Source: Octopus sinensis (Eukaryota). Taken from it: a stretch of DNA of 64,000 bases. Positions 28,107 to 42,976 of this stretch are shown here, piece by piece. Every line of letters starts with the position of its first letter. Within the stretch, counting starts at the first letter, position 1. The notes beneath the pieces were generated by a model, which was not told the DNA's origin, made no database searches, and saw only the letters and a program-made list of their open reading frames with translations. The stretch covers positions 11,408,001 to 11,472,000 of the forward strand of contig NC_042998.1 of NCBI RefSeq assembly GCF_006345805.1. Reading direction: 5' to 3'. The position numbers were made by a program, and so were the translations under genes.

Positions 28107-30806
28107 GTGCATATATAAAAAAATAATTAGATGTTTCCTCTTCGAGCCATTTCAGGCTCATGAAGGCCGGTTTCCCGGTTTCAATGGCATATATATTCCC
28201 CACCTGGATGGGACGCCGGTCTGTCACGGGATTACTCATTTTTGTCAGCTGAGTGGACTGACGCAACGTGAAATGAAGTGTTTTGCTTAAGAACACTACG
28301 CGTCACCCGGTCCAGGAATCGAAAGCACAATCTTACGATCATAAGTCCAACACACTGACCACTAAGCGACGCGCCTCCACCGTATAAACATGTACAAACA
28401 TAAATATATGTATATATGTATGCATATATATGTATACATGCGGGTACTTATATGCATATGTACATGTATATATACTGGCACTCCGTTGGTTACGTCGACG
28501 AGGGTTCCAGTTGATCCTATCAACGGAAGAGTTTGCAAGTGAAATTAACGAGCAAGTGGCTGAGAACTCCACAGACACACGTACCCGTAACGTAGTTCAC
28601 TGGGAATTTCAGTGTGACACAAAATGTGACAAAGCTGGCCCATTCTGAAATACAAGTACTACTCACTTTTGTCAGCTGAGTGGACTGGAGCAACGTGAAA
28701 TAAAGTGTCTTGCTCAAGGACACAACGCATCACCGGGAATTGAATTCACGACCTTACGATCGTGGGCCGAATGCCCTAATCACTAAGCCATGTGCCTTCA
28801 CACATATATATATAATATATGCATATACGTACGAAGATATATGCATACATACGCACATACATACATACATACATACATACATACATAATACATACATACA
28901 TACATACAAGATGTATAAACATATGCATTTACATATCTGTGAAGCTTTATGTCATGTTGATAAAACAAGATTTAATAAAATGAACATTTCGTTGTCTTCA
29001 GTGAAAAACAATTCTCATGTAAGATAGGCATAGGCGCATTTATGACCTGTATTCTTGTTTGAGAATATATACGAATGTCTCTATGTGGATGTGCGAACGT
29101 GTTGGTGTGAGGTATGGTCTATAATCGGAAATAACCTTGAATACGTTCTAAAATAATTTTATTTTATTCCAAATACATAAAACAATATTTACTCTCTTGA
29201 TAAAAATCTGGAATGGATGTTTTCCAAACACTTGTTTCTTTTGGTACAAAATTCCTCCAACACGTTTTCGATAGTTCAAGCTAATAACGATTATATAATC
29301 ATGTTATCTTGTATTAGTTGTTTTATATGAAAATTTAGAAACAGAAGTCACTTGCCTACTGCACTTTACTCCAATATAATTATGTGTCGATCACGCAAAG
29401 AAGCTTCTACAATTTTGCTACGGCTAGTAGCAACATTTCTTTAAAATTGCAACCTATCTTTTTTTAAAAAGAGTTAGATAGGCGCAGGAGTGGCTGTGTG
29501 GTAAGTAGCTTGTTTACCAACCACATGGTCCCGGGTTCAGTCCCACTGCGTGGCAACTTGGGCAAGTGTCTTCTACTATAGCCTCGGGCCGACCAAAGCC
29601 TTGTGAGTGGATTTGGTAGACGGAAACTGAGAGAAGCCTGTCGTATATATGTATATATATGTGTGTGTATGTGTGTCTGTGTTTGTCTCCCTAGCATTGC
29701 TTGACAACCGATGCTGGTGTGTTTACGTCCCCGTCACTTAGCGGTTCGGCAAAAGAGACCGATAGAATAAGTACTGAGCTTACAAAGAATAAGTCCCGGG
29801 GTCGATTTGCTCGACTATAGGCGGTGCTCCAGCATGGCCGCAGTCAAGTGACTGAAACAAGTAAAAGAGTAAAAGAGTAAGCCATAATTTTTAGCATAAT
29901 TATCCAACGTAGCTTTAAATATATTTCTTCAGATATAGGGATTTAAGTTATAATTTTAAAGGTTTATACTGCCTGTGACACTTTTCAGTGCCTCCATGTC
30001 TGGCTTAGTGAAGGAGAGGAAGTTATAGACAGATCATAGATGTACCTCAAAATCTGGCAGTAAAACCACAGGCAGCATGTGACAGGGTTAAACCATTGAT
30101 ATGCGCGTGTGCACTCGCTCACTCCTGTACAGACCATACCCACTTCCAATCCTATTTTATACAATAATTGTCTCATTAACAAAATCCTCACATATTAACC
30201 AGCTGACTGTTGTTTAACCCAAGTCATCTCTATATCTAAACCTTGATACTTCTATCATTTCTCTAAGACACTGTACACAGGATCACACCTCCAAATTTCT
30301 TTGTTATGTGTAGATTAAGTGACGATGTACAGATTTTCTAGTTGACTAGAAATGGTATTATGAATGGCTAGTTTAGGATGGTATGCGACGCCAGGCCGTA
30401 ATTTAAGGGATATTTGGCAGCCAATTCCGTTAAGTTATGCGTCCTTGAGAAGCTTATAGATCGTCTTTGAGTGATCGCTTAATATATTTTGGGCGTATTT
30501 GAGTGCAATCAAAAACTATAAATAAATTGTATATGTATCAATATGTGTGTATCTATATATGTATATATGAGATTATCTTTTACATTTTCTCACTCTCTCC
30601 CTCTCTCTCCCTCTTTCTCCCTCTCTCTCTCTCTACTTTAACTCCCACCCCCTCTCTCTCCTTTTATTTATTTACTTATCTTTGCATATGTGTCTGTATG
30701 TGTTGTATCTATGTGTCAATCTTATGTTCGGCAACAAATGATTGCTGTAGCTTAAGATCAGGACATATTAACAGAACTTAATTAGCACAAAAATCAAGTG
30801 CAAAGA

Positions 30807-30870
<64 letters not shown>

Positions 30871-31240
30871 TAATAATAATAATAATTAATAATAATAATA
30901 ATTATAATAAATGAAGTAAAACAACAATAAACATCAATTGGATAGAAAGAAAGAGGAGGAGGAAAAGTGATAGGAGGGGGAAGGAGTGGAGGGGAGACGT
31001 TCACAAAATGACCCAAGTATGTAATCATAGGATAAAGTATGTTATCAGAAAATAACAAGGTATGAGTTATCATGAAATACTAATAATATATAATTACATG
31101 ATTATATTACTATTAATACAAATGGGGGAAAACAACAGAGAGAAGGGAAAGAAAAGAGAAGAAAAAGAAACAAACAACAAATCTGACGCATGCACAGAAA
31201 CATCAACCCACATACAAACACACACATATACACACGTCTG

Positions 31241-31293
<53 letters not shown>

Positions 31294-34200
31294 TTTACTC
31301 ATTTACTTGTTTCAGTCATTTGACTACGGCCATGCTGGAGCACTGCCTTTTAGTCGAGCAAATCGACCCCAGGACTTATTCTTTGTAAGCCCAGTACTTA
31401 TTCTATCGGTCTCTTTTTGCCGAACCGCTAAGTGACGGGACGTAAACACACCAGCATCGGTTGTCAAGCAATGCTAGGGGGACAAACACAGACACACAAA
31501 CACATACACACACATATATATATATATACATATATAATAATAAATATTAGGGAATAAATCCAAACTTACAGGGAAAAATCAGATTTAGGATTGAATCCAA
31601 TTTTATAGTAAAATATTATATTATATTAAATTAGAGACAAAACCACTATTATGCAAATCAAACAATGAAAGACTTAAGCCAATACATAAATTAATTTATA
31701 TTATTTAGATATGTAACAATTATTAAAAAATATAATTAATATCCACTACGATCGTTTCCTGTCTTCTGTCATCAAATTTTTGAGTAGCATATATATATAT
31801 ATATATACGACAGGCTTCTTTCAGTTTCCGTCTACCAAATCCACTCACAAGGCTTTGGTCGGCCCGGGGCTATAGCAGAAGACACTTGCCCAAGATGCCA
31901 CGCAGTGGGACGGAACCCGGAACCATGTGGTTGGTTAGCAAGCTACTTACCACACAGCCACTCCTGTTAATATTTTTAATACACGGCATATCACTTAGTA
32001 CTTTTGGGTATTAAGTTCATGACCATACAGATCATCGATTCCTAAACTGAGTAGCGAGTCGTATAAACACATCATTTAAGGCTGTTTCAGTCAAGATAGC
32101 TGAATATAAGAACCAACCGTATAGAAGCGCATCCCTGTCTCCCTCCATCTGTCGCATCCTGTGTGTTCCGCTGGGTTTAATGGTAGGAGAGCAAAGCGGG
32201 TATGATGTCTTCGCACTCCTACAGAGTCACCCGAAACAATAAGCAAAAACGCATGGTATATGTTACCAAGACATACTCACTTATAGTTTCACATTTTAGT
32301 CAGTAAGGTGAGATGCTGAAGTCAACGATCAAGATATTGAGACTCAATACAATGACGTCGCAAGTACATTTAAGGTCTGCAAAGGAACTTCTGCAGGTCA
32401 CTCTGGGTTTTTTTTCTCTCTCTTTAATCACCTTCTACTATCTTAGCATTTTGCTTTTTTTGTGCAGCACATATAATACCCAGGACATATTTCCCTAGCG
32501 TCCATGCATCATATATGATACAAAACCCATTTCGTAATCACCAGAGACACATGAGACATTTGAAATGAAAGCTTTATATTATTCAGAAGGTGTGAAACAA
32601 GGGCTAAGTAAAAGTTTGGAAACACGTATGGACGTTTAGGACAATTTATGAAAATGTTTTGGACAGGCAAAGGATTAAAAGGGATCACACACTGCATAAT
32701 GCAGTTCAGGGTGTACTATTCTTTAAAAGAAAAAAAAACAAAAAAGAGTGGTTGAAAATGTCTCGAACGTCTTTGATATTAGGACCATGCAATCAAAAGC
32801 GACTAAGGGGTAAACAACAAAGAAAAACAATTAAGATAATACACTTCTTACACAAGTCAGCAGAAGACTCCTCTCTTCTTTCTCGACTGTGAGATTTAAT
32901 GAAAGTGTTGTTAGAAAGTGCAGTATTAAAAGAATAACAAACAATAACAACAAAGAGATTATTTTAAAGTCTTTTCATATACATTAATTAGTTGCGCGTT
33001 AGTTGAATAAATTAGTAAAAAATCAGAAAAAGAATTAACGATATATATTTTTTTTTTTCCAGTTTCAGCTAATGAGCTGTTTTACTTTTTGTTTTTTTAT
33101 ATTCATACATATTATATCTGTGTGTGCATGTACGCATGTATGTATGTATGTATGTATGTATGTATGTATGTATGTATGTATGTATGTATGTATGTATGTA
33201 TGTATGTATGTTTGTATGTATGTCTATGCATGCATGTATGTACACAGAGAGGGTAAAATTTACTTAGTAATACTACTAAGGAACTCAATAAGGGAATTTT
33301 AAATTTTATTGTGGAAAATTGAACAATTCAGTTAACAAGGGGATGCGTACTATGTGGAGGCGCAAGGGCCCAGTGGTTAGGGCAGCGGACTCGCGGTCAT
33401 AGGATCGCGGTTTCGATTCCCAGACCGGGCGTTGTGAGTGTTTATTGAGCAAAAACACCTAAAGCTCCTCGAGGCTCCAGCAGGGATGGTGGTGATCCCT
33501 GCTGTACTCTTTCACCACAACTTTCTCTCACTCTTACTTCCTGTTTCTGTTGTACCTGTATTTCAAAGGGCTGGCCTTGTCACTCTCTGTGTCACGCTGA
33601 ATATCCCCGAGAACTACGTTAAGGGTACACGTGTCTGTGGAGTGCTCAGCCACTTACACGTTAATTTCACGAGCAGGCTGTTTCGTTGATCGGATCAACC
33701 GGAACCCTCGTCGTCGTAACCGATAATCTATAAATTCACAATAATCTATAAATTCATTAAGATTTATCCAGGGGTAGAGAAAGAAAACAAAAACCTTGCA
33801 GCTCTTAATGTGAAAAGGACATAATTTCAAGAAATTGAGAATTTCACTGTTCATTTAAAGTGCTTAGAATATTCTGGCTTTTGCTCAAGAGACGAAGGAC
33901 AGCTAAGGCTGCGTTTCGACAACTCAGTTTTCGAATCCATAAGGAACATACGCATCACACACACATACGCACACGCACACATACACACACAATCTCTGTT
34001 TTATGTATAAAGATAATAGCAGGTTTTTTCATCACCGTCTCCCAGAAGACTATTACTCCACGTTCTCTATAAATATAAATCTATCGCTTTTTAACGTACT
34101 CAAACATTCCTAGATACTTAGCTATATGTTTGGTAAACTTGTCCCGTTATTATTATTATTCAAACAATTCCTAAAAGGAAACACACTCACAGAATGCGCA

Positions 34201-34401
34201 AAAGAGAGCGTTTGTGTGTGTGCGTGTATGCGTGTGAGTGTGTGTTTGTGTGCGTGTATGTGTGAGTGTGTGTGTGTTGTGTGTGTGTGTGTGTGTGTTG
34301 AGTGTGTGTGTGTGTGTGTTTGTGCCAACGTAATTTGCCGACCTACTAAACTGTGCTAAACCAAAAAGAAAAGAAGTAAAACAAGAAGTTTCGAATAAAA
34401 C

Positions 34402-34438
<37 letters not shown>

Positions 34439-35578
34439 AGAGAATGGCGGGCATAATAAAAACATACACACAGAATACTAGCCAGATAAATTAGAAATTC
34501 AAAACAAAAAAGGTATGCGAAGAAGAAATGGGGGATTATCAGAATAGGAATACTTTTTTGAATGAGTTGGTAAGGAACGTACATTTATAATATTGCCTAT
34601 TGTCTAAGTCCAAATGTTCGTGCACATGTACATATTACTAAAGTAAACAAACACAAAGATAGAGGCAAAGACAAAGAGAGGGGGAGGGAGATGACAGAAA
34701 CAAACATTAAGTAAAATAGATGGTTAATGCTGAGAAGAGAGGTATGATGCAACAAAGTGGGGCGCATGGGGGCATTTAGTTTCATATATATTAATGTCAC
34801 ATTCTAGGCGGCAAAAGGGAATTTTGATAGTCATGGTAGTTTATTTCTTGTCTTAATTTTTATTAGATTTTGTTTTGTTTTGTATTTGGGAAAGTTATGC
34901 CGCTCAGTGCATATTAAAGGCTTACGTGTGGACTGCTCAACCAACGAACGAGCTTCACTGGCTTGCAAGATAAATTCTATGTGACCTCGACCACCCGAAC
35001 ACTCAGAATAACTTGCTATATTTGTAAGAAAGTAGATAAATGAATAATGTAGTTCTGAATATTTTGTATTTGGGTTATATTGGAAGAAAAAGATATTAAA
35101 TTTGTTGACAAAATTTAATATGGAGGCGAGCTGGCAGAGTTGTTAACATGCCGGACAAAATATTTGGAGGCATTTCTTCCGGCTTTACATTCTTAATCCA
35201 AATGCTGCAGAGGTCGACTTTACGTTTCATCCGCTCGAGTTCGATAAAATAAGTATCAATTAAGCAGTGAGGTCGATGTAATCGACTTGGTCCCTCTCTT
35301 AAAATTGCTGGCCTTGTGCTAAAATTTGAAACCATTATTGTTATCAAAGATATTTTAGATGAGACCATGCCATCTTATTCGTAGACACAGTGAACCCAAG
35401 ATTATATACACATCTCGTTTTCTAAGACTGTGGGGTAGATTTGGCTAGCATTTTTAGCGAGCCGAGCAACCAGTGATGGCAGTCTGTAAATAGGTGCCTG
35501 TTGTTGTTATTGTTGTTGATTAACTGAACAGAACTTCCACTTCCCTCCTGAAAGCCATTTTAGCAGAGACAGTCATGT

Positions 35579-35611
<33 letters not shown>

Positions 35612-36306
35612 CTTTTCTCTCTCTCTATCTCTCTCTCTTTCTATCTATCTCCCTTTCTCGCTTTAGTTTTGATTTGAATGAGATTTGACTGCTATTTCTG
35701 AAAGAGGTTCCCTTGAAGGTTCCACTGTAAATAGAAATTACAAGTAGAAACAATTTACAACTCGGCTCATCACATTCCTGTGTGATAGACACCAATTAGT
35801 TTTTATAAATTGCCAAGCTGTGACATTCGTGCTTTTTCAGTGAATGATCAAGAGAAGTGTATACGTAAAGTGTATGACTTGCCGAGAGTAATTGCGACAG
35901 TAATCCAAAGAGGTCGGTTAACCTGGTAGAAATATCAATCACATCCCCCTATTGCAACAAAACCGTCATATATGGCGGATACATTGGAAAACGCAATCTT
36001 AAATATATACTGTATGGAAAAGATACAGGATGATTACGGTTGAATGCCTTCGATCAGAGGTTTTAGCCTTCTATTTTAATTACCTTCACATCTAACATGC
36101 TTTTTCGGAATATTAAATAGCCTTAGAAATTAACTGATACATTATTTTAAAGAAACTTCAGAAACATGAACGGCTCCCATGATTCAAGCAACGCATCGCC
36201 AGATTTGTGAGTTCAGTATTACCTTTGGAGTGACAACAAGAGTTTAAACAAAATTATAAAAACACTTAGCGATATACATAAACACACACAGACACACAGA
36301 CACACA

Positions 36307-36343
<37 letters not shown>

Positions 36344-39257
36344 GGGATAGTCACTCTTACAGTGCCTTTGATCATAGATCTACTTGGTTAGGATTGACCT
36401 GAAGCTCAACAACAAACCACCATCTAAATTTCAGTAAAGAAACTATGATCCTTGGAGATCAACTCTTACGTTTTGAAAAGGAATTTAAAGAATGGAAACC
36501 AAAAATAGAACATACAAGAATGGAATCCGACTAGATGTCATACAGTACAAATAGGTATAAAAGGCATGAAAGTAAATACAGTACTACTCATTTAATTTTA
36601 TAATTCATCATAGATAGTGTCACCAGGAACAAAAGCTTTTATCGTCACATTTTACTTGTTTGGGAAATATTTTTGATGTCATATTTTTTTCCGTTCTTTC
36701 TTTTCTTTCGTTCTTGTAAGTCATATCAGAATTTTATTCTGAGAGAGATAGGAGCCAATGGCTGAAGTACTTTTATTTTGTATATTGTACATTGAAGCTA
36801 ATGATATGGAAGGTCTTATTCAAGGACGGAAATGGCATATATTGATTTAACCTCCTTTTCTTTACATTTACACTTTACGTTTCATGTTTATAAAGTAGTA
36901 TTCGTGATGAATGTCCTCTAAAGTATAGAAACTTTGAGAGACCTTTTGGTTACATACCATTTCTTTTCGAGCAATGTGAGATACACTATTGGTGTCTCAA
37001 CCTGATAGAAATGGCTATCATATTTCTCTCAAAACATCATCATAGTTAAGAAAAGGAAAGGCATATTGCATAAATTGATCCCTATCATAAATACTCTGCC
37101 TGGAGCTTAATTTTATCAAAATCACAATTCTTTCCTTGTGGTTCCAATCTTAATTTTACCCAGCTCTCATGTCAATACAAATCAGACAAATAGAGACCTG
37201 TAGCAATAAATTATTTTCTTGATAATCTAGTTGTTGTAATTGACTCCCAGGTAAACCCTGATCCAGTTGATATATGGTTAAGGGATTCTTGAAACTACAT
37301 CCTATCAGTTCTTTCCCCCAGACAATGTATCTATAAGTGTGTTCTATCATTTTTAAAACAGTAGAACGTGAATTGAGGATGATTCGGCTCAGACTTCCAA
37401 CAGATTAAGTGATAACTCAGAAACTCTTTCGTTGAAAATTTAATACCTAAATGTTACTTTTCCCCCCGGTGACTTTGCTATTTGCTTTCTTTGCTATTGT
37501 AATTAACTTGCCTAAGCTTCTGCCGCTCAGTGCATATTAAAGGCTTACGTGTGGACTGCTCAACCAACGAACGAGCTTCACTGGCTTGCAAGATAACTTC
37601 TATGTGACCTCGAACACTCAGAATAGCTTGCTATATTTGTAAGAAAGTAGATAATTGAATAATGTAGTTCTGAATATTTGCACCACAAGAAAAAGGAGTA
37701 CAGAAACAAGAAAATGTGGAAACACAAAAACACCTGACAACGTTGACGAAAATCAGGCTCTTAACATTTATAAATATTTTGACGGAGCACCATTACAAAT
37801 TCTGGTTGGACATGTTTTCATTTTTATAAAACACTAGCAGTATCGCTCGGCGTTGCTCGAGTTTGTAAGGGAAATAACTATATAAGCATTTTTAGAGAGT
37901 TATAGCCAAAAAATAGCAAAAAAAGGCATTAAAAATGGAAAAAAAATGATGGTAAATTTTTTTTTAATCGTTGACTCATCGTAGACATTTTTAGAGAGTT
38001 ACTTCCCTTATATAATAGCGAAAAAAATGCATTAAAATGGAAAAAATGATGGTAAATTATTTCTAAAATCGTAGACTCATCGTAGACGCGCGCTAATACC
38101 CAAAAGGGCTCGATATAAATCACGACTATAAGATACCCGGTTTTGGTTAAACTGCACCGCAAAATGTGGGAGTAGTTAGGAATCTAAATCGTAGGAGACA
38201 GACAGCACACAACCTCACTTTTATATATTAAGATTTTCTCGTGGACCTTAAAATTTATTCATCTCGGCTCCATATACAAACATATGTAGCCAATAGTGTT
38301 AGCTAATTATACATTGTAGGAATAATAATAATATTATATAGGAATAATATTATTATAGGAATAATAATAATAATACATTAATAGGAATTTCTAGATTTGA
38401 GCCCTTTGTCTACAGTAACTTTTCTGTAAATGATTTTACTCGTAGCAAACACACATCTCTTATTTATTTCTTCCTCATTCACACCTCACAGTTGCTGAGA
38501 GAGAAGAATGCGAAAAACGTATTTGTTTCCGAATTTCTCTATACGAGAAATGAGAATGGCGATATACAAACAAAGATATTATTTGAAAACATCTAATAAT
38601 GCTACTAAACCTAAAGACAGAAACTCACATTTTGACGTACGCATCTCATACTTTCGGCGAATAGTTTACACAAAGAAAGTAAATTTGATATAACCAAATT
38701 GCTTAAAAAGTCAAAGAATTGCGTTCAATTTGAGATGGCATATGGAAACAAAGGTTTGTTAAAGCTTGAGGTATTTTATCAGAAATTCAAATATCGCGCG
38801 AGTTTCTTCGTTGTAGAAATCGAAATCGACGCAGGAACAAAGATTCATACCCGTAATTCCTGACCGCCGCCTGAAAACGATCATGCCATGACATTGCCAT
38901 TCGCAGGACATGTTTTCAGATAGAGTTTTGAAAAAAAAAAAAGCTATTTTAAATTGTAACATTTACAACCAACCTTCTACGATTGCCAAAGTTCGAACCT
39001 TGCCATTAAAAGCAACTGGATGCGCCTGACCTTCAAGCTTAATTCAAAAGAACGCCGCACCTTCACTCCCTGATTTCAACACCTCAGACAAAACATTTAG
39101 AATTCCTGACTTTCCATCCACTTCTTGACTGTTTTTCTCTAACCGATCCGTTTGTTGTCCTCACTATACTATGTTTAACCTTTATATTTTTAAATCATTT
39201 ACGCTCGCCAATTTTTTCAGTTATGTCTTAAATTAGTCCCATCATTAGCATATATCA

Positions 39258-39307
<50 letters not shown>

Positions 39308-40150
39308 CACCACCACCACCACTGTTACTACTAGTACTGTTGCTGCTGCTCCCTCTCTTTCTCTACGTCCATCACCCCATCAGCGCTATATATTTGTAGC
39401 ACATTCTTTTCAGAAATTGCCGTTTAATAAAACTAGACAAGTACATGTATTCGCTCATACGCGCGCGCACACACACAAACAAGCAAACAAACAATTACAT
39501 ACACACGCATACACACACACACACACACTCAAATGAAAGTTGTACCAAATAATGCAAAAGTGAGCATTGCATTTTTATAAACTGATATAGGTCGTTAGAG
39601 TAACTTTCCCTCTACACAAAGGTACAACTCAGCATAATCTTCGTCAAACGCGAAGCATTTGTGCCATCGTCGAAGCTAACTTTCCAGTAAATTTTGACGT
39701 AACTTAGGTTTGTTTGCATTATTGTTCTCACGTTTTTACAGCCCTTTCACTTCGTCTGCAAAGACAGTTCTTCATTGGATTGAACAAATAGAAGTTGAAG
39801 TTGGACAGTGCCAGATACGAGCTGTACAGTGCAACAGAGACGACTGACCAAACCATTTTTCCCGATAGGCCTGATTGTTGTGGGTGTATGCGTGTGTATA
39901 TATGAGTGTGTGACGGGACGGGGGGGGGCAATATCAACTCGAATTTAAGACACTAAAACTGCACAGTCTCATAACGCACGTCTTATCCTCAAGCGCTTCA
40001 ATACGCGTTATTAAAACGGCCGAATGGTCAAACGAACTTCTTTGCGTCTGCAAAATTTGCAGTAACTCAAATTTGAGTAAAACTAAAATACAAACACTTA
40101 ACTCCCACACTGCTTTCGCCTATATCTATTTCTCTCTGTCTCTGTTTTTA

Positions 40151-40185
<35 letters not shown>

Positions 40186-42945
40186 TTCTCTCTGTCTATC
40201 TATCTATTCATCTGTCTATCGCTTTCTCTATATCTCTCTCTATGTTTATTTGTCTCTTTTTCTTTAGCTGTATAAAGAAGCGAGAGAGAGAGAAGGAGTT
40301 ATGAACTTAGTTTAACTCTTTCGATCGACAGTAATTCTCAAATTGTGTGTATGCGTGGGTGTATATATATATGTGTTCGTGGGTATATATTTATGTATAT
40401 ATGTATATAACGCGTGGGAGTGTGGATACTGCTTGTAAATGTGTCATCTCAGCAAAACTGGGTGAATTCCACTTACGTAACATGTACGGTAACGGATATG
40501 TATGGAATTAAGGTTCCTGAAACAAAAACGGTTGCCTGCTGTTTCAAACAATGTATTTGTAAAAACGGTTAAGTGCACTCACACTCATAAACCAAATGCT
40601 GCATTCGCCCACTGCAGCTAAACAGCATGACTAACATTTATATAATGTGATGTTATTTCGTTCAACATTGTGACTAGTGAACAGAATATACCCCGTCAAA
40701 TGTTATATAACCTAATTAAACAAATTGATGTCATTAAAATGATGAATTTATATTTTTTCTTTTATTTAGATATCGCTTTATTTTGGCAGCAATTATAATT
40801 TTATGTAAATTACCAGCACCATAATGTGATGATTTATCTTTTATCGAACAATACACACACACACACACACACACCACACACACACACACACACATTTTGT
40901 TTTGGTGTACTTCAATGAGATTATATAGGTTATTAGACAAAAGCAAGGGATACTCAAAACGTTTAATTGGAATTATATGTTTTTTGATAATATAATTCGT
41001 AGAACTGATAGATTACTTAAAGTTTCATGGGTGTACAAGAGAATTTAAAAGAAATTTATATTCTCTTCAATTTGTCTCTTCTCACACTCTCTCCGAATAT
41101 CTGATGATCGGAACGTATTCTATGTCCATAAAACTTTTAAGTAATGTGGACCTGTTTTTAAATATATCTATGTAGATACATCGCTCTTATATGTGTGTTT
41201 ATGCATGTGTATATGTACCTATGTTTATGTATGTGTATATTCCGTTTTTATACCTATCAAACTATTCTAGTCAGAGTTATGGACATGCTTTACCATATTT
41301 AGTTACTTTCATTTACGTTCTAAGTTGACCTCGTTCAGTAGCTATTGTAACATAGTTACTGGTAGCCAGAATTGTTATATCACCAATTGTTATGACGGTA
41401 CTTTTTTTTACACTATAACCGTGTAGTAACAATAAAACATACAACGAAGCAGATTAATAACAACGTAACACTCCAACAAATTCTCCACGAACTATACACA
41501 AATCAACAAACGATATTCCGACAAACTACCAGAACGACACCCTACGACTTCCTGCGATTAACTATATATTTCTTTATTGCCCACAAGGGGCTAAATATAG
41601 AGAGGACAAACGGATTAAGTCGATTACATCGACCCCAGTGCGAAACTGGTACTTTATTTATCGACCTCGACAGGATGAAAGGCAAAGTCGACCTCGGCGG
41701 AATTTGAACTCAGAACGTAACAACAGACGAAATACCGCAAAGTATTTCGCTCGGCGTGCTAACGTTTCTGCCAGCTCGCTGCACTCTGCTCTCACTCAGA
41801 CCGCTACTATTTATAGTCGTTCGGTTGAGTCTACTCTCGCAGGGGTTGGTGCTCTCGCCACAACATCTCCCCTTTTGAGATTTACTTGTTATACTTCTCT
41901 CTCTCTCTCTATCACCCTCCATTCCTTCTATCTTTTTACACTCTAATACCTTTCTCTCTCTCTATCACCCCCATCTCCCCATTCCTACTTTCAAATTATC
42001 TTGACTGACCACTAACTGGTAAACTTTCCCTTATTATATCTCTCCTTCTTTTACGTTTTTTCTTTATTCCTCTCTTCTTTTCGATTTGACCTTACAAATA
42101 CATTCTCTACTTTTAGGTCACTTTAAATAAAACCTTGATTCAATAGCACTGTGTACACACTCTATAATTGGAATGACCACTTTTTTGATACTATTGGATT
42201 TTACTCACAATATATTGGTATCTTATATGTATACCATTCTGCCTAAATAATGGATCTACAAATGCAATATCCCTGCATATCTCATCTATTTTCATTCCTC
42301 CACTTCACTCTCTATTTCGTATCTTATCTAAATTAACTGTTGCTTAACCACCTTCTCACACCGTCTCCGGTGAAGGGATATTACAAATATTCTGGAAACA
42401 GTCGTGAGATCTATTTATAAATGTTCTAAAATCTTCACAGCCTTGGTTTTTTTATCTCATTCTGAAAACAAAATTTTCATATATACAAACGCTGATATAT
42501 GACCTACATTGGACTCTATTCGCATAATCACCGAACCTGGAGCTTAGCTATGGTCTATCCATAGAACTTACTCAGCATTGCCTAACACCTTTGGGTCTTA
42601 CTGACACCATTGCCTCTCATAACCTCTCTCTCTCTCATTATTATATAAAAGATGGTGAGCAGGCACAATTGTTACCACTCTTGATAAAAAGGTTAGTGGC
42701 ATTTCGTCCATCTGATTTCAAATTCCACCGAAGTCGACTTCACCTTTCATCTCGTTCGGGGTCGATAAAATAAGTACTAGTTGAGCACTGGAATCCATTT
42801 AATCGACTTATCCGCTCCCGCGACTTTTCTGGCTTTGTGCCAAAATCTATATAGATAGCAGCTGAAGTCTGAAATACAACGGGTTTGTCTCACAGAGAAC
42901 GTTCTTGGTTACTTTTGATTACCCCCTCGTAAATACACCACACAC

Positions 42946-42976
<31 letters not shown>

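Noticed and set aside
29990-30300. Possible CR1/L2 3' relic (similar stretch near 42290-42620)
   Set aside because: Too decayed to support a motif-level call.
41095-41125. ctgatgatcggaacgta as a hammerhead
   Set aside because: Lacks GAAA and stem II.
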